Below are positions 14,927-30,300 of a stretch of DNA of 64,000 nucleotides, piece after piece. Origin of the DNA: Eledone cirrhosa (Eukaryota); contig OZ024743.1 of NCBI GenBank assembly GCA_964016885.1, positions 174,840,001 through 174,904,000 of the forward strand, given 5' to 3'. A program made the translations under genes and the position numbers. Below the pieces are notes generated by a model, which was not told the DNA's origin, searched no databases, and saw only the letters and a program-made list of their open reading frames with translations. Numbering within the stretch: position 1 is the first letter of the stretch; each line of letters starts with the position of its first letter.

Positions 14927-17900
14927 GCTGTTATATAGGATGTAAATAGTCTTTGATATACTGTACCTGTTATATAGGATGTAGTCTTTGATATACTGTA
15001 CCTCTTATATAGGATGTAGGTAGTCTTTGATATACTGTACCTGTTATATAGGATGTAGATAGTCTTTGATATACTGTACCTGTTATATAGTAAGTAGTCT
15101 TTGATATAGTGTACCTGTTATATAGGATGTAGGTAGTCTTTGATATACTGTACCTGTTATATAGTATGTAGGTAGTCTTTGATATACTGTACCTGTTATA
15201 TAGGATGTAGGTAGTCTTTGATATACTGTACCTGTTATATAGGATGTAGGTAGTCTTTGATATACTGTACCTGTTACATAGGATGTAGGTAGTCTTTGAT
15301 ATACTGTACCTGTTATATAGGATGTATGTAGTTTTGATATACTGTACCTCTTATATAGGATGTAGGTAGTCTTTGATATACTGTACCTCTTATATAGGAT
15401 GTAGGTAGTCTTTTATATACTGTACCTGTTATATATGATGTAGGTATTCTTTGATAGACTGTACCTGTTATATAGGATGAAGGTAGTCTTTGATATACTG
15501 TACCTGTTATATATGATGTAGGTAGTCTTTGATATACTGTACCTGTTATATAGGATGTAGGTAGTCTTTGATATACTGTACCTGTTATATAGGATGTCGG
15601 TAGTCTTTGATATACTGTACCTGTTATATAGGATGTAGGTAGTCTTTGATATACTGTACCTGTTATATAGGATGTAGGTAGTCTTTGATATACTGTACCT
15701 GTTATATAGGATGTAGGTAGTCTTTGCTATACTCTACCTGTTATATATGATGTAGGTAGTCTTTGATATACTGTACCTGTTATATAGGATGTATGTAGTC
15801 TTTGATATACTGTACCTGTTATATAGGATGTAGGTAGTCTTTGATATACTGTACCTGTTATATAGGATGTAGGTAGTCTTTGATATACTGTACCTGTTAT
15901 ATAGGATGTAGGTAGTCTTTGATATACTGTACCTGTTATATAGGATGTAGGTAGTCTTTGATATAATGTACCTGTTATATAGAATGTATGTAGTCTTTGA
16001 TATACTGTACCTGTTATATAGGATGTAGGTAGTCTTTGATATACTGTACCTGTTATATAGGATGTAGGTAGTCTTTGATATACTGTACCTGTTATATAGA
16101 ATGTAGGTAGTCTTTGATATACTGTACCTGTTATATAGGATGTAGGTAGTCTTTGATACACTGTACCTGTTACATAGGATGTAGGTAGTCTTTGATATAC
16201 TGTACCTTTTATATAGGATGTAGGTAGTCTTTGATATACTGTACCTGTTATATAGGATGTAGGTAGTCTTTGATATACTGTACCTGTTATATAGGATGTC
16301 GGTAGTCTTTGATATACTGTACCTGTTATATATGATGTAGGTAGTCTTTGATATACTGTACCTGTTACATAGGATGAAGGTAGTCTTTGATATACTGTAC
16401 CTGTTACATGAGATGTAGGAAGTCTTTGATATACTGTACCTGTTATATAGGATGTAGGTAGTCTTTGATATACTGTACCTGTTATATAGGATGTAGGTAG
16501 TCTTTGATATACTGTACCTGTTATATAGGATGTAGGTAGTGTTTGATATACTGTACCTGTTATATAGGATGTAGGTAGTCTTTGATATACTGTACCTGTT
16601 ATATAGGATGTAGGTAGTGTTTGATATACTGTACCTGTTATATAGGATGTAGGTAGTCTTTGATATACTGTACCTGTTATATAGGATGTAGGTAGTCTTT
16701 GATATACTGTACCTGTTATATAGGATGTCGGTAGTCTTTGATATACTGTACCTGTTATATGACATGTAGGAAGTCTTTGATATACTGTACCTGTTATATA
16801 GGATGTCGGTAGTCTTTGATATACTGTACCTGTTATATGAGATGTAGGAAGTCTTTGATATACTGTACCTGTTATATAGGATGTAGGTAGTCTTTGATAT
16901 ACTGTACCTGTTATATAGGATGTAGGTAGTCTTTGATATACTGTACCTGTTATATAGGATGTAGGTAGTCTTTGATATACTGTACCTGTTATATAGGAGG
17001 TCGGTAGTCTTTGATATACTGTACCTGTTATATGACATGTAGGAAGTCTTTGATATACTGTACCTGTTATATGACATGTAGGAAGTCTTTGATATACTGT
17101 ACCTTTTATATAGGATGTAGGTAGTCTTTGATATACTGTACCTGTTATATAGGATGTAGGTAGTCTTTGACATACTGTACCTGTTATATAGGATGTAGGT
17201 AGTCTTTGATATACTGTACCTGTTACATAGGATGTATGTAGTCTTTGATATACTGTACCTGTTATATATGATGTAGGTAGTCTTTGATAGGCTGTACCTG
17301 TTATATAGGATGAAGGTAGTCTTTGATATACTGTACCTGTTATATATGATGTAGGTAGTCTTTGATATACTGTACCTGTTATATAGGATGAAGGTAGTCT
17401 TTGATATACTGTACCTGTTATATATGATGTAGGTAGTCTTTGATATACTGTACCTGTTATATAGGATGTAGGTAGTCTTTGATATACTGTACCTGTTATA
17501 TAGGATGTCGGTAGTCTTTGATATACTGTACCTGTTATATAGGATGTAGGTAGTCTTTGATATACTGTACCTGTTATATAGGATGTAGGTTGTCTTTGAT
17601 ATACTGTACCTGTTATATAGGATGTCGGTAGTCTTTGATATACTGTACCTGTTATATAGGATGTAGGTAGTCTTTGCTATACTCTACTTGTTATATATGA
17701 TGTAGGTAGTCTTTGATATACTGTACCTGTTATATAGGATGTATGTAGTCTTTGATATACTGTACCTGTTATATAGGATGTAGGTAGTCTTTGATATACT
17801 GTACCTGTTATATAGGATGTAGGTAGTCTTTGATATACTGTACCTGTTATATAGGATGTCGGTAGTCTTTGATATACTGTACCTGTTATATAGGGTGTAG

Positions 17901-20900
17901 GTAGTCATTGATATACTGTACCTGTTATATATGATGTAGGTAGTCTTTGATAAACTGTACCTGTTACATAGGATGTATGTAGTCTTTGATATACTGTACC
18001 TGTTATATAGGATGTAGGTAGTCTTTGATATACTGTACCTGTTACATGAGATGTAGGAAGTCTTTGATATACTGTACCTGTTATATAGGATGTAGGTAGT
18101 CTTTGATATACTGTACCTGTTATATAGGATGTAGGTAGTCTTTGATATACTGTACCTGTTATATAGGATGTAGGTAGTGTTTGATATACTGTACCTGTTA
18201 TATAGGATGTAGGTAGTCTTTGATATACTGTACCTGTTATATAGGATGTAGGTAGTGCTTGATATACTGTACCTGTTATATAGGATGTAGGTAGTCTTTG
18301 ATATACTGTACCTGTTATATAGGATGTAGGTAGTCTTTGATATACTGTACCTGTTATATAGGATGTCGGTAGTCTTTGATATACTGTACCTGTTATATGA
18401 CATGTAGGAAGTCTTTGATATACTGTACCTGTTATATAGGATGTCGGTAGTCTTTGATATACTGTACCTGTTATATGAGATGTAGGAAGTCTTTGATATA
18501 CAGTACCTGTTATATAGGATGTAGGTAGTCTTTGATATACTGTACCTGTTATATAGGATGTAGGTAGTCTTTGATATACTGTACCTGTTATATAGGATGT
18601 AGGTAGTCTTTGATTTACTGTACCTGTTATATAGGATGTCGGTAGTCTTTGATATACTGTACCTGTTATATGACATGTAGGAAGTCTTTGATATACTGTA
18701 CCTGTTATATGACATGTAGGAAGTCTTTGATATACTGTACCTTTTATATAGGATGTAGGTAGTCTTTGATATACTGTACCTGTTATATAGGATGTAGGTA
18801 GTCTTTGATATACTGTACCTGTTATATAGGATGTAGGTAGTGTTTGATATACTGTACCTGTTACATAGGATGTATGTAGTCTTTGATATACTGTACCTGT
18901 TACATAGGATGTAGGTAGTCTTTGATATACTGTACCTGTTATATAGGACGTAGGTAGTCTTTGATATACTGTACCTGTTATATAGGATGTCGGTAGTCTT
19001 TGATATAATGTACCTGTTATATAGTATGTAGGTAGTCTTTGATATACTGTACCTGTTATATAGGATGTAGGTAGTGTTTGATATACTGTATCTGTTATAT
19101 AGGATGTAGGTAGTCTTTGATATACTGTACCTGTTATATAGGATGTAGGTAGTCTTTGATATACTGTACCTGTTATATAGGATGTCGGTAGTCTTTGATA
19201 TACTGTACCTGTTATATAGGATGTAGGTAGTCTTTGCTATACTCTACCTGTTATATATGATGTAGGTAGTCTTTGATGTACTGTACCTGTTATATAGGAT
19301 GTATGTAGTCTTTGATATACTGTACCTGTTATATAGGATGTAGGTAGTCTTTGATATACTGTACCTGTTATATAGGATGTAGGTAGTCTTTGATATACTG
19401 TACCTGTTATATAGGATGTCGGTAGTCTTTGATATACTGTACCTGTTATATAGGGTGTAGGTAGTCTTTGATATACTGTACCTGTTATATATGATGTAGG
19501 TAGTCTTTGATAAACTGTACCTGTTACATAGGATGTATGTAGTCTTTGATATACTGTACCTGTTATATAGGATGTAGGTAGTCTTTGATATACTGTACCT
19601 GTTATATAGGATGTAGGTAGTCTTTGATATACTGTACCTGTTATATAGGATGTAGGTAGTCTTTGATATAATGTACCTGTTATATAGGATGTATGTAGTC
19701 TTTGATATACTGTACCTTTTATATAGGATGTAGGTAGTCTTTGATATACTGTACCTGTTATATAGGATGTAGGTAGTCTTTGATATACTGTACCTGTTAC
19801 ATGAGATGTAGGAAGTCTTTGATATACTGTACCTGTTATATAGGATGTAGGTAGTCTTTGATATACTGTACCTGTTATATAGGATGTAGGTAGTCTTTGA
19901 TATACTGTACCTGTTATATAGGATGTAGGTAGTGTTTGATATACTGTACCTGTCATATAGGATGTAGGTAGTCTTTGATATACTGTACCTGTTATATAGG
20001 ATGTAGGTAGTCTTTGATATACTGTACCTGTTATATAGGATGTCGGTAGTCTTTGATATACTGTACCTGTTATATGACATGTAGGAAGTCTTTGATATAC
20101 TGTACCTGTTATATGACGTGTAGGAAGTCTTTGATATACTGTACCTGTTATATAGGATGTAGGTAGTCTTTGATATACTGTATCTGTTATATATGATGTA
20201 GGTAGTCTTTGATATACTGTACTTGTTATATAGGATGTAATCTTTGATATACTGTACCTGTTATATAGGATGTAGGTAGTCTTTGATATAGTGTAACTGT
20301 TATATAGGATGTAGATAGTCTTTGATGCACTGTACCTGTTATATGGGATGTAGTCTTTGATATACTGTACCTGTTATATAGGATGTAGGTAGTCTTTGAT
20401 ATACTGTACCTGTTATATAGGATGTAGGTAGTCTTTGATATACTGTACCTGTTATATAGGATGTAGGTAGTCTTTGATATACTGTACCTGTTATGTAGGA
20501 TGCAGGTAGTCTTTGATATACTGTACCTGTTATATAGGATGTAGGTAGTCTTTGATATACTGTACCTGTTATATAGGATGTAGGTAGTGTTTGATATACT
20601 GTACCTGTTACATAGGATGTATGTAGTCTTTGATATACTGTACCTGTTACATAGGATGTAGGTAGTCTTTGATATACTGTACCTGTTATATAGGATGTAG
20701 GTAGTCTTTGATATACTGTACCTGTTATATAGGATGTCGGTAGTCTTTGATATAATGTACCTGTTATATAGGATGTAGGTAGTCTTTGATATACTGTACC
20801 TGTTATATAGGATGTAGGTAGTGTTTGATATACTGTACCTGTTATATAGGATGTAGGTCGTCTTTGATATACTGTACCTGTTATATAGGATGTAGGTAGT

Positions 20901-23900
20901 CTTTGATATACTGTACCTGTTATATAGGATGTCGGTAGTCTTTGATATACTGTACCTGTTATATAGGACGTAGGTAGTCTTTGCTATACTCTACCTGTTA
21001 TATATGATGTAGGTAGTCTTTGATATACTGTACCTGTTATATAGGATGTATGTAGTCTTTGATATACTGTACCTGTTATATAGGATGTAGGTAGACTTTG
21101 ATATACTGTACATGTTATATAGGATGTAGGTAGTCTTTGATATACTGTACCTGTTATATAGGATGTCGGTAGTCTTTGATATACTGTACCTGTTATATAG
21201 GGTGTAGGTAGTCTTTGATATACTGTACCTGTTATATATGATGTAGGTAGTCTTTGATAAACTGTACCTGTTACATAGGATGTATGTAGTCTTTGATATA
21301 CTGTACCTGTTATATAGGATGTAGGTAGTCTTTGATATACTGTACCTGTTATATAGGATGTAGGTAGTCTTTGATATACTGTACCTGTTATATAGGATGT
21401 ATGTAGTCTTTGATATAATGTACCTGTTATATAGGATGTATGTAGTCTTTGATATACTGTACCTGTTATATAAGATGTAGGTAGTCTTTGATATACTGTA
21501 CCTGTTATATAGGATGTAGGTAGTCTTTGATATACTGTACCTGTTATATAGAATGTAGGTAGTCTTTGATATACTGTACCTGTTATATAGGATGTAGGTA
21601 GTCTTTGATATACTGTACCTGTTACATAGGATGTAGGTAGTCTTTGATATACTGTACCTTTTATATAGGATGTAGGTAGTCTTTGATATACTGTACCTGT
21701 TATATAGGATGTAGGTAGTCTTTGATATACTGTACCTGTTATATAGGATGTAGGTAGTCTTTGATATACTGTACCTGTTATATAGGATGTAGGTAGTCTT
21801 TGATATACTGTACCTGTTATATAGGATGTCGGTAGTCTTTGATATACTGTACCTGTTATATAGGATGTAGGTAGTCTTTGCTATACTCTACCTGTTATAT
21901 ATGATGTAGGTAGTCTTTGATATACTGTACCTGTTATATAGGATGTATGTAGTCTTTGATATACTGTACCTGTTATATAGGATGTAGGTAGTCTTTGATA
22001 TACTGTACCTGTTATATAGGATGTAGGTAGTCTTTGATATACTGTACCTGTTATATAGGATGTTGGTAGTCTTTGATATACTGTACCTGTTATATAGGGT
22101 GTAGGTAGTCTTTGATATACTGTACCTGTTATATATGATGTAGGTAGTCTTTGATAAACTGTACCTGTTACATAGGATGTATGTAGTCTTTGATATACTG
22201 TACCTGTTATATAGGATGTAGGTAGTCTTTGATATACTGTACCTGTTATATAGGATGTAGGTAGTCTTTGATATACTGTACCTGTTATATAGGATGTAGG
22301 TAGTCTTTGATATAATGTACCTGTTATATAGGATGTATGTAGTCTTTGATATACTGTACCTGTTATATAGGATGTAGGTAGTCTTTGATATACTGTACCT
22401 GTTATATAGGATGTAGGTAGTCTTTGATATACTGTACCTGTTATATAGAATGTAGGTAGTCTTTGATATACTGTACCTGTTATATAGGATGTAGGTAGTC
22501 TTTGATATACTGTACCTGTTACATAGGATGTAGGTAGTCTTTGATATACTGTACCTTTTATATAGGATGTAGGTAGTCTTTGATATACTGTACCTGTTAT
22601 ATAGGATGTAGGTAGTCTTTGATATACTGTACCTGTTATATAGGATGTCGGTAGTCTTTGATATACTGTACCTGTTATATATGATGTAGGTAGTCTTTGA
22701 TATACTGTACCTGTTACATAGGATGTAGGTAGTCTTTGATATACTGTACCTGTTACATGAGATGTAGGAAGTCTTTGATATACTGTACCTGTTATATAGG
22801 ATGTAGGTAGTCTTTGATATACTGTACCTGTTATATGGGATGTAGGTAGTCTTTGATATACTGTACCTGTTATATAGGATGTAGGTAGTGTTTGATATAC
22901 TGTACCTGTTATATAGGATGTAGGTAGTCTTTGATATACTGTACCTGTTATATAGGATGTAGGTAGTCTTTGATATACTGTACCTGTTATATAGGATGTC
23001 GGTAGTCTTTGATATACTGTACCAGTTATATGACATGTAGGAAGTCTTTGATATACTGTACCTGTTATATGACGTGTAGGAAGTCTTTGATATACTGTAC
23101 CTGTTATATAGGATGTAGGTAGTCTTTGATATACTGTACCTGTTATATAGGATGTAGGTAGTCTTTGATATACTGTACCTGTTATATAGGATGTATGTAG
23201 TGTTTGATATACTGTATCTGTTACATAGGATGTATGTAGTGTTTGATATACTGTACCTGTTATATATGATGTAGGTATTCTTTGATAGACTGTACCTGTT
23301 ATATATGATGTAGGTAGTCTTTGATATACTGTACCTGTTATATATGATGTAGGTAGTCTTTGATATACTGTACTTGTTATATAGGATGTAGTCTTTGATA
23401 TACTGTACCTGTTATATAGGATGTAGGTAGTCTTTGATATAGTGTAACTGTTATATAGGATGTAGATAGTCTTTGATGCACTGTACCTGTTTTATGGGAT
23501 GTAGTCTTTGATATACTGTACCTGTTATATAGGATGTAGGTAGTCTTTGATATACTGTACCTGTTATATAGGATGTAGGTAGTCTTTGATATACTGTACC
23601 TGTTATATAGGATGTAGGTAGTCTTTGATATACTGTACCTGTTATGTAGGATGCAGGTAGTCTTTGATATACTGTACCTGTTATATAGGATGTAGGTAGT
23701 CTTTGATATACTGTACCTGTTATATGGGATGTAGGTAGTCTTTGATGTACTGTACCTGTTATATAGGATGTAGGTAGTCTTTGATATACTGTACCTGTTA
23801 TATAGGATGTAGGTAGTCTTTGATATACTGTACCTGTTATATAGGATGTAGTCTTTGATATACTGTACCTGTTATATAAGATGTAGGTAGTCTTTGATAT

Positions 23901-24325
23901 ACTGTACCTGTTATATAGGATGTAGGTAGTCTTTGATATACTGTACCTGTTATATAGGATGTAGGTAGTCTTTGATATACTGTACCTGTTATATAGGATG
24001 TAGGTAGTCTTTGATATACTGTACCTGTTATATAGGATGTAGGTAGTCTTGGATATACTTTACCTGTCATATAGGATGTAGGTAGTCTTTGATATACTGT
24101 ACCTGTTATATAGGATGTAGGTTGTCTTTGATATACTGTACCTGTTATATAGGATGTAGGTAGTCTTTGATATACTGTACCTGTTATATAGGATGTAGGT
24201 AGTCTTTGATATACTGTACCTGTTATATAGGATGTAGGTAGTCTTTGATATACTGTACCTGTTATATAGGATGTAGGTAGTCTTTGATATACTGTACCTG
24301 TTATATAGGATGTAGGTAGTCTTGG

Positions 24326-27300
24326 ATATACTGTACCTGTTATATAGGATGTAGGTAGACTTTGATATACTATACCTGTTATATAGGATCTAGGTAGTCT
24401 TTGATATACTGTACCTGTTATATAGGATGTAGATAGTCTTTGATATACTGTACCTGTTATATAGCATGTAGGTAGTCTTTGATATACTGTACCTGTTACA
24501 TAGGATGTAGGTAGTCTTTGATATACTGTAACTGTTATATAGGATGTAGCCTTTGATATACTGTACCTGTTATATAGGATGTAGGTAGTCTTTGATATAC
24601 TGTACCTGTTATATAGGATGTAGTCTTTGATATACTGTACCTGTTATATAAGATGTAGGTAGTCTTTGATATAGTGTAACTGTTATATAGGATGTAGATA
24701 GTCTTTGATGCACTGTACCTGTTATATGGGATGTAGTCTTTGATATACTGTACCTGTTACATAGGATGGAGGTAGTCTTTGATATACTGTACCTGTTATA
24801 TAGGATGTAGGTAGTCTTTGATATACTGTAGCTGTTATATAGGATGTAGATAGTCTTTGATATACTGTACCTGTTATATAGGATGTAGTCTTTGATATAC
24901 TGTACCTCTTATATAGGATGTAGGTAGTCTTTGATATACTGTACCTGTTATATAGGATGTAGATAGTCTTTGATATACTGTACCTGTTATATAGTAAGTA
25001 GTCTTTGATATAGTGTACCTGTTATATAGGATGTAGGTAGTCTTTGATATACTGTACCTGTTATATAGTATGTAGGTAGTCTTTGATATACTGTACCTGT
25101 TATATAGGATGTAGGTAGTCTTTGATATACTGTACCTGTTATATAGGATGTAGGTAGTCTTTGATATACTGTACCTGTTATATGGGATGTAGGTAGTCTT
25201 TGATATACTGTACCTGTTATATAGGATGTAGGTAGTCTTTGATATACTGTACCTGTTACATAGGATGTAGGTAGTCTTTGATATACTGTACCTGTTATAT
25301 AGGATGTATGTAGTTTTGATATACTGTACCTCTTATATAGGATGTAGGTAGTCTTTGATATACTGTACCTCTTATATAGGATGTAGGTAGTCTTTTATAT
25401 ACTGTACCTGTTATATAGGATGTAGGTAGTCTTTGATATACTGTACCTGTTATATAGGATGTAGGTAGTCTTTGATATACTGTACCTGTTATATAGGTTG
25501 TAGGTAGTCTTTGATATACTGTACCTGTTATGTAGGATGTAGGTAGTCTTTGATATACTGTACCTGTTATATAGGATGTAGGTAGTCTTTGATATACTGT
25601 ACCTGTTATATAGGATGTAGGTAGTCTTTGATGTACTGTACCTGTTATATAGGATGTAGGTTGTCTTTGATATACTGTACCTGTTATACAGGATGTAGGT
25701 AGTCTTTGATATACTGTACCTGTTATATAGGATGTAGTCTTTGATATACTGTACGTGTTATATAAGATGTAGGTAGTCTTTGATATACTGTACCTGTTAT
25801 ATAGGATGTAGGTAGTCTTTGATATACTGTACCTGTTATATATGATGTAGGTATTCTTTGATAGACTGTACCTGTTATATAGGATGAAGGTAGTCTTTGA
25901 TATACTGTACCTGTTATATAGGATGTAGGTAGTCTTTGATATACTGTACCTGTTATATAGGATGTAGGTAGTCTTTGATGTACTGTACCTGTTATATAGG
26001 ATGTAGGTTGTCTTTGATATACTGTACCTGTTATACAGGATGTAGGTAGTCTTTGATATACTGTACCTGTTATATAGGATGTAGTCTTTGATATACTGTA
26101 CCTGTTATATAAGATGTAGGTAGTCTTTGATATACTGTACCTGTTATATAGGATGTAGGTAGTCTTTGATATACTGTACCTGTTATATATGATGTAGGTA
26201 TTCTTTGATAGACTGTACCTGTTATATAGGATGAAGGTAGTCTTTGATATACTGTACCTGTTATATAGGATGTAGGTAGACTTTGATATACTATACCTGT
26301 TATATAGGATCTAGGTAGTCTTTGATATACTGTACCTGTTATATAGGATGTAGATAGTCTTTGATATACTGTACCTGTTATATAGCATGTAGGTAGTCTT
26401 TGATATACTGTACCTGTTACATAGGATGTAGGTAGTCTTTGATATACTGTAACTGTTATATAGGATGTAGTCTTTGATATACTGTACCTGTTATATAGGA
26501 TGTAGGTAGTCTTTGATATACTGTACCTGTTATATAGGATGTAGTCTTTGATATACTGTACCTGTTATATAAGATGTAGGTAGTCTTTGATATAGTGTAA
26601 CTGTTATATAGGATGTAGATAGTCTTTGATGCACTGTACCTGTTATATGGGATGTAGTCTTTGATATACTGTACCTGTTACATAGGATGGAGGTAGTCTT
26701 TGATATACTGTACCTGTTATATAGGATGTAGGTAGTCTTTGATATACTGTAGCTGTTATATAGGATGTAGATAGTCTTTGATATACTGTACCTGTTATAT
26801 AGGATGTAGTCTTTGATATACTGTACCTCTTATATAGGATGTAGGTAGTCTTTGATATACTGTACCTGTTATATAGGATGTAGATAGTCTTTGATATACT
26901 GTACCTGTTATATAGTAAGTAGTCTTTGATATAGTGTACCTGTTATATAGGATGTAGGTAGTCTTTGATATACTGTACCTGTTATATAGTATGTAGGTAG
27001 TCTTTGATATACTGTACCTGTTATATAGGATGTAGGTAGTCTTTGATATACTGTACCTGTTATATAGGATGTAGGTAGTCTTTGATATACTGTACCTGTT
27101 ATATGGGATGTAGGTAGTCTTTGATATACTGTACCTGTTATATAGGATGTAGGTAGTCTTTGATATACTGTACCTGTTACATAGGATGTAGGTAGTCTTT
27201 GATATACTGTACCTGTTATATAGGATGTATGTAGTTTTGATATACTGTACCTCTTATATAGGATGTAGGTAGTCTTTGATATACTGTACCTCTTATATAG

Positions 27301-27368
27301 GATGTAGGTAGTCTTTTATATACTGTACCTGTTATATAGGATGTAGGTAGTCTTTGATATACTGTACC
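24326..27368 (+). repeat. 1,921-bp-offset (50-monomer) duplication: ~24326-25447 repeated at ~26247-27368
   Basis: The series GTAGAC/CTATAC/GATCTAGG starts at 24359 and 26280 and runs through TAAG 35-mer, 38-mer, CTCTT x2 and TTTTAT in both copies. 50x39 - 7x4 - 1 = 1,921. Confidence 0.85.
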
Positions 27369-27369
27369 A

Positions 27370-30300
27370 GTTATATAGGATGTAGGTAGTCTTTGATGTA
27401 CTGTACCTGTTATATAGGATGTAGGTTGTCTTTGATATACTGTACCTGTTATACAGGATGTAGGTAGTCTTTGATATACTGTACCTGTTATATAGGATGT
27501 AGTCTTTGATATACTGTACGTGTTATATAAGATGTAGGTAGTCTTTGATATACTGTACCTGTTATATAGGATGTAGGTAGTCTTTGATATACTGTACCTG
27601 TTATATATGATGTAGGTATTCTTTGATAGACTGTACCTGTTATATAGGATGAAGGTAGTCTTTGATATACTGTACCTGTTATATAGGATGTAGGTAGTCT
27701 TTGATATACTGTACCTGTTATATAGGATGTAGGTAGTCTTTGATGTACTGTACCTGTTATATAGGATGTAGGTTGTCTTTGATATACTGTACCTGTTATA
27801 CAGGATGTAGGTAGTCTTTGATATACTGTACCTGTTATATAGGATGTAGTCTTTGATATACTGTACCTGTTATATAAGATGTAGGTAGTCTTTGATATAC
27901 TGTACCTGTTATATAGGATGTAGGTAGTCTTTGATATACTGTACCTGTTATATATGATGTAGGTATTCTTTGATAGACTGTACCTGTTATATAGGATGAA
28001 GGTAGTCTTTGATATACTGTACCTGTTATATATGATGTAGGTAGTCTTTGATATACTGTACCTGTTATATAGGATGTAGGTAGTCTTTGATATACTGTAC
28101 CTGTTATATAGGATGTCGGTAGTCTTTGATATACTGTACCTGTTATATAGTATGTAGGTAGTTTTTGATATACTGTACCTGTTATATAGGATGAAGGTAG
28201 TCTTTGATATACTGTACCTGTTATATAGGATGTCGGTAGTCTTTGATATACTGTACCTGTTATATAGGATGTAGGTAGTCTTTGCTATACTCTACCTGTT
28301 ATATATGATGTAGGTAGTCTTTGATATACTGTACCTGTTATATAGGATGTAGGTAGTCTTTGATATACTGTACCTGTTATATAGGATGTCGGTAGTCTTT
28401 GATATACTGTTATTGTTATATAGGGTGTAGGTAGTCTTTGATATACTGTACCTGTTATATATGATGTAGGTAGTCTTTGATAAACTGTACCTGTTACATA
28501 GGATGTATGTAGTCTTTGATATACTGTACCTGTTATATAGGATGTAGGTAGTCTTTGATATACTGTACCTGTTATATAGGATGTAGGTAGTCTTTGATAT
28601 ACTGTACCTGTTATATAGGATGTATGTAGTCTTTGATATAATGTACCTGTTATATAGGATGTATGTAGTCTTTGATATACTGTACCTGTTATATAAGATG
28701 TAGGTAGTCTTTGATATACTGTACCTGTTATATAGGATGTAGGTAGTCTTTGATATACTGTACCTGTTATATAGAATGTAGGTAGTCTTTGATATACTGT
28801 ACCTGTTATATAGGATGTAGGTAGTCTTTGATATACTGTACCTGTTACATAGGATGTAGGTAGTCTTTGATATACTGTACCTTTTATATAGGATGTAGGT
28901 AGTCTTTGATATACTGTACCTGTTATATAGGATGTAGGTAGTCTTTGATATACTGTACCTGTTATATAGGATGTCGGTAGTCTTTGATATACTGTACCTG
29001 TTATATATGATGTAGGTAGTCTTTGATATACTGTACCTGTTACATAGGATGTAGGTAGTCTTTGATATACTGTACCTGTTACATGAGATGTAGGAAGTCT
29101 TTGATATACTGTACCTGTTATATAGGATGTAGGTAGTCTTTGATATACTGTACCTGTTATATAGGATGTAGGTAGTCTTTGATATACTGTACCTGTTATA
29201 TAGGATGTAGGTAGTGTTTGATATACTGTACCTGTTATATAGGATGTAGGTAGTCTTTGATATACTGTACCTGTTATATAGGATGTAGGTAGTCTTTGAT
29301 ATACTGTACCTGTTATATAGGATGTCGGTAGTCTTTGATATACTGTACCTGTTATATAGGATGTAGGTAGTCTTTGCTATACTCTACCTGTTATATATGA
29401 TGTAGGTAGTCTTTGATATACTGTACCTGTTATATAGGATGTATGTAGTCTTTGATATACTGTACCTGTTATATAGGATGTAGGTAGTCTTTGATATACT
29501 GTACCTGTTATATAGGATGTAGGTAGTCTTTGATATACTGTACCTGTTATATAGGATGTCGGTAGTCTTTGATATACTGTACCTGTTATATAGGGTGTAG
29601 GTAGTCTTTGATATACTGTACCTGTTATATATGATGTAGGTAGTCTTTGATAAACTGTACCTGTTACATAGGATGTATGTAGTCTTTGATATACTGTACC
29701 TGTTATATAGGATGTAGGTAGTCTTTGATATACTGTACCTGTTATATAGGATGTAGGTAGTCTTTGATATACTGTACCTGTTATATAGGATGTAGGTAGT
29801 CTTTGATATAATGTACCTGTTATATAGGATGTATGTAGTCTTTGATATACTGTACCTGTTATATAGGATGTAGGTAGTCTTTGATATACTGTACCTGTTA
29901 TATAGGATGTAGGTAGTCTTTGATATACTGTACCTGTTATATAGAATGTAGGTAGTCTTTGATATACTGTACCTGTTATATAGGATGTAGGTAGTCTTTG
30001 ATATACTGTACCTGTTACATAGGATGTAGGTAGTCTTTGATATACTGTACCTTTTATATAGGATGTAGGTAGTCTTTGATATACTGTACCTGTTATATAG
30101 GATGTAGGTAGTCTTTGATATACTGTACCTGTTATATAGGATGTCGGTAGTCTTTGATATACTGTACCTGTTATATATGATGTAGGTAGTCTTTGATATA
30201 CTGTACCTGTTACATAGGATGTAGGTAGTCTTTGATATACTGTACCTGTTACATGAGATGTAGGAAGTCTTTGATATACTGTACCTGTTATATAGGATGT

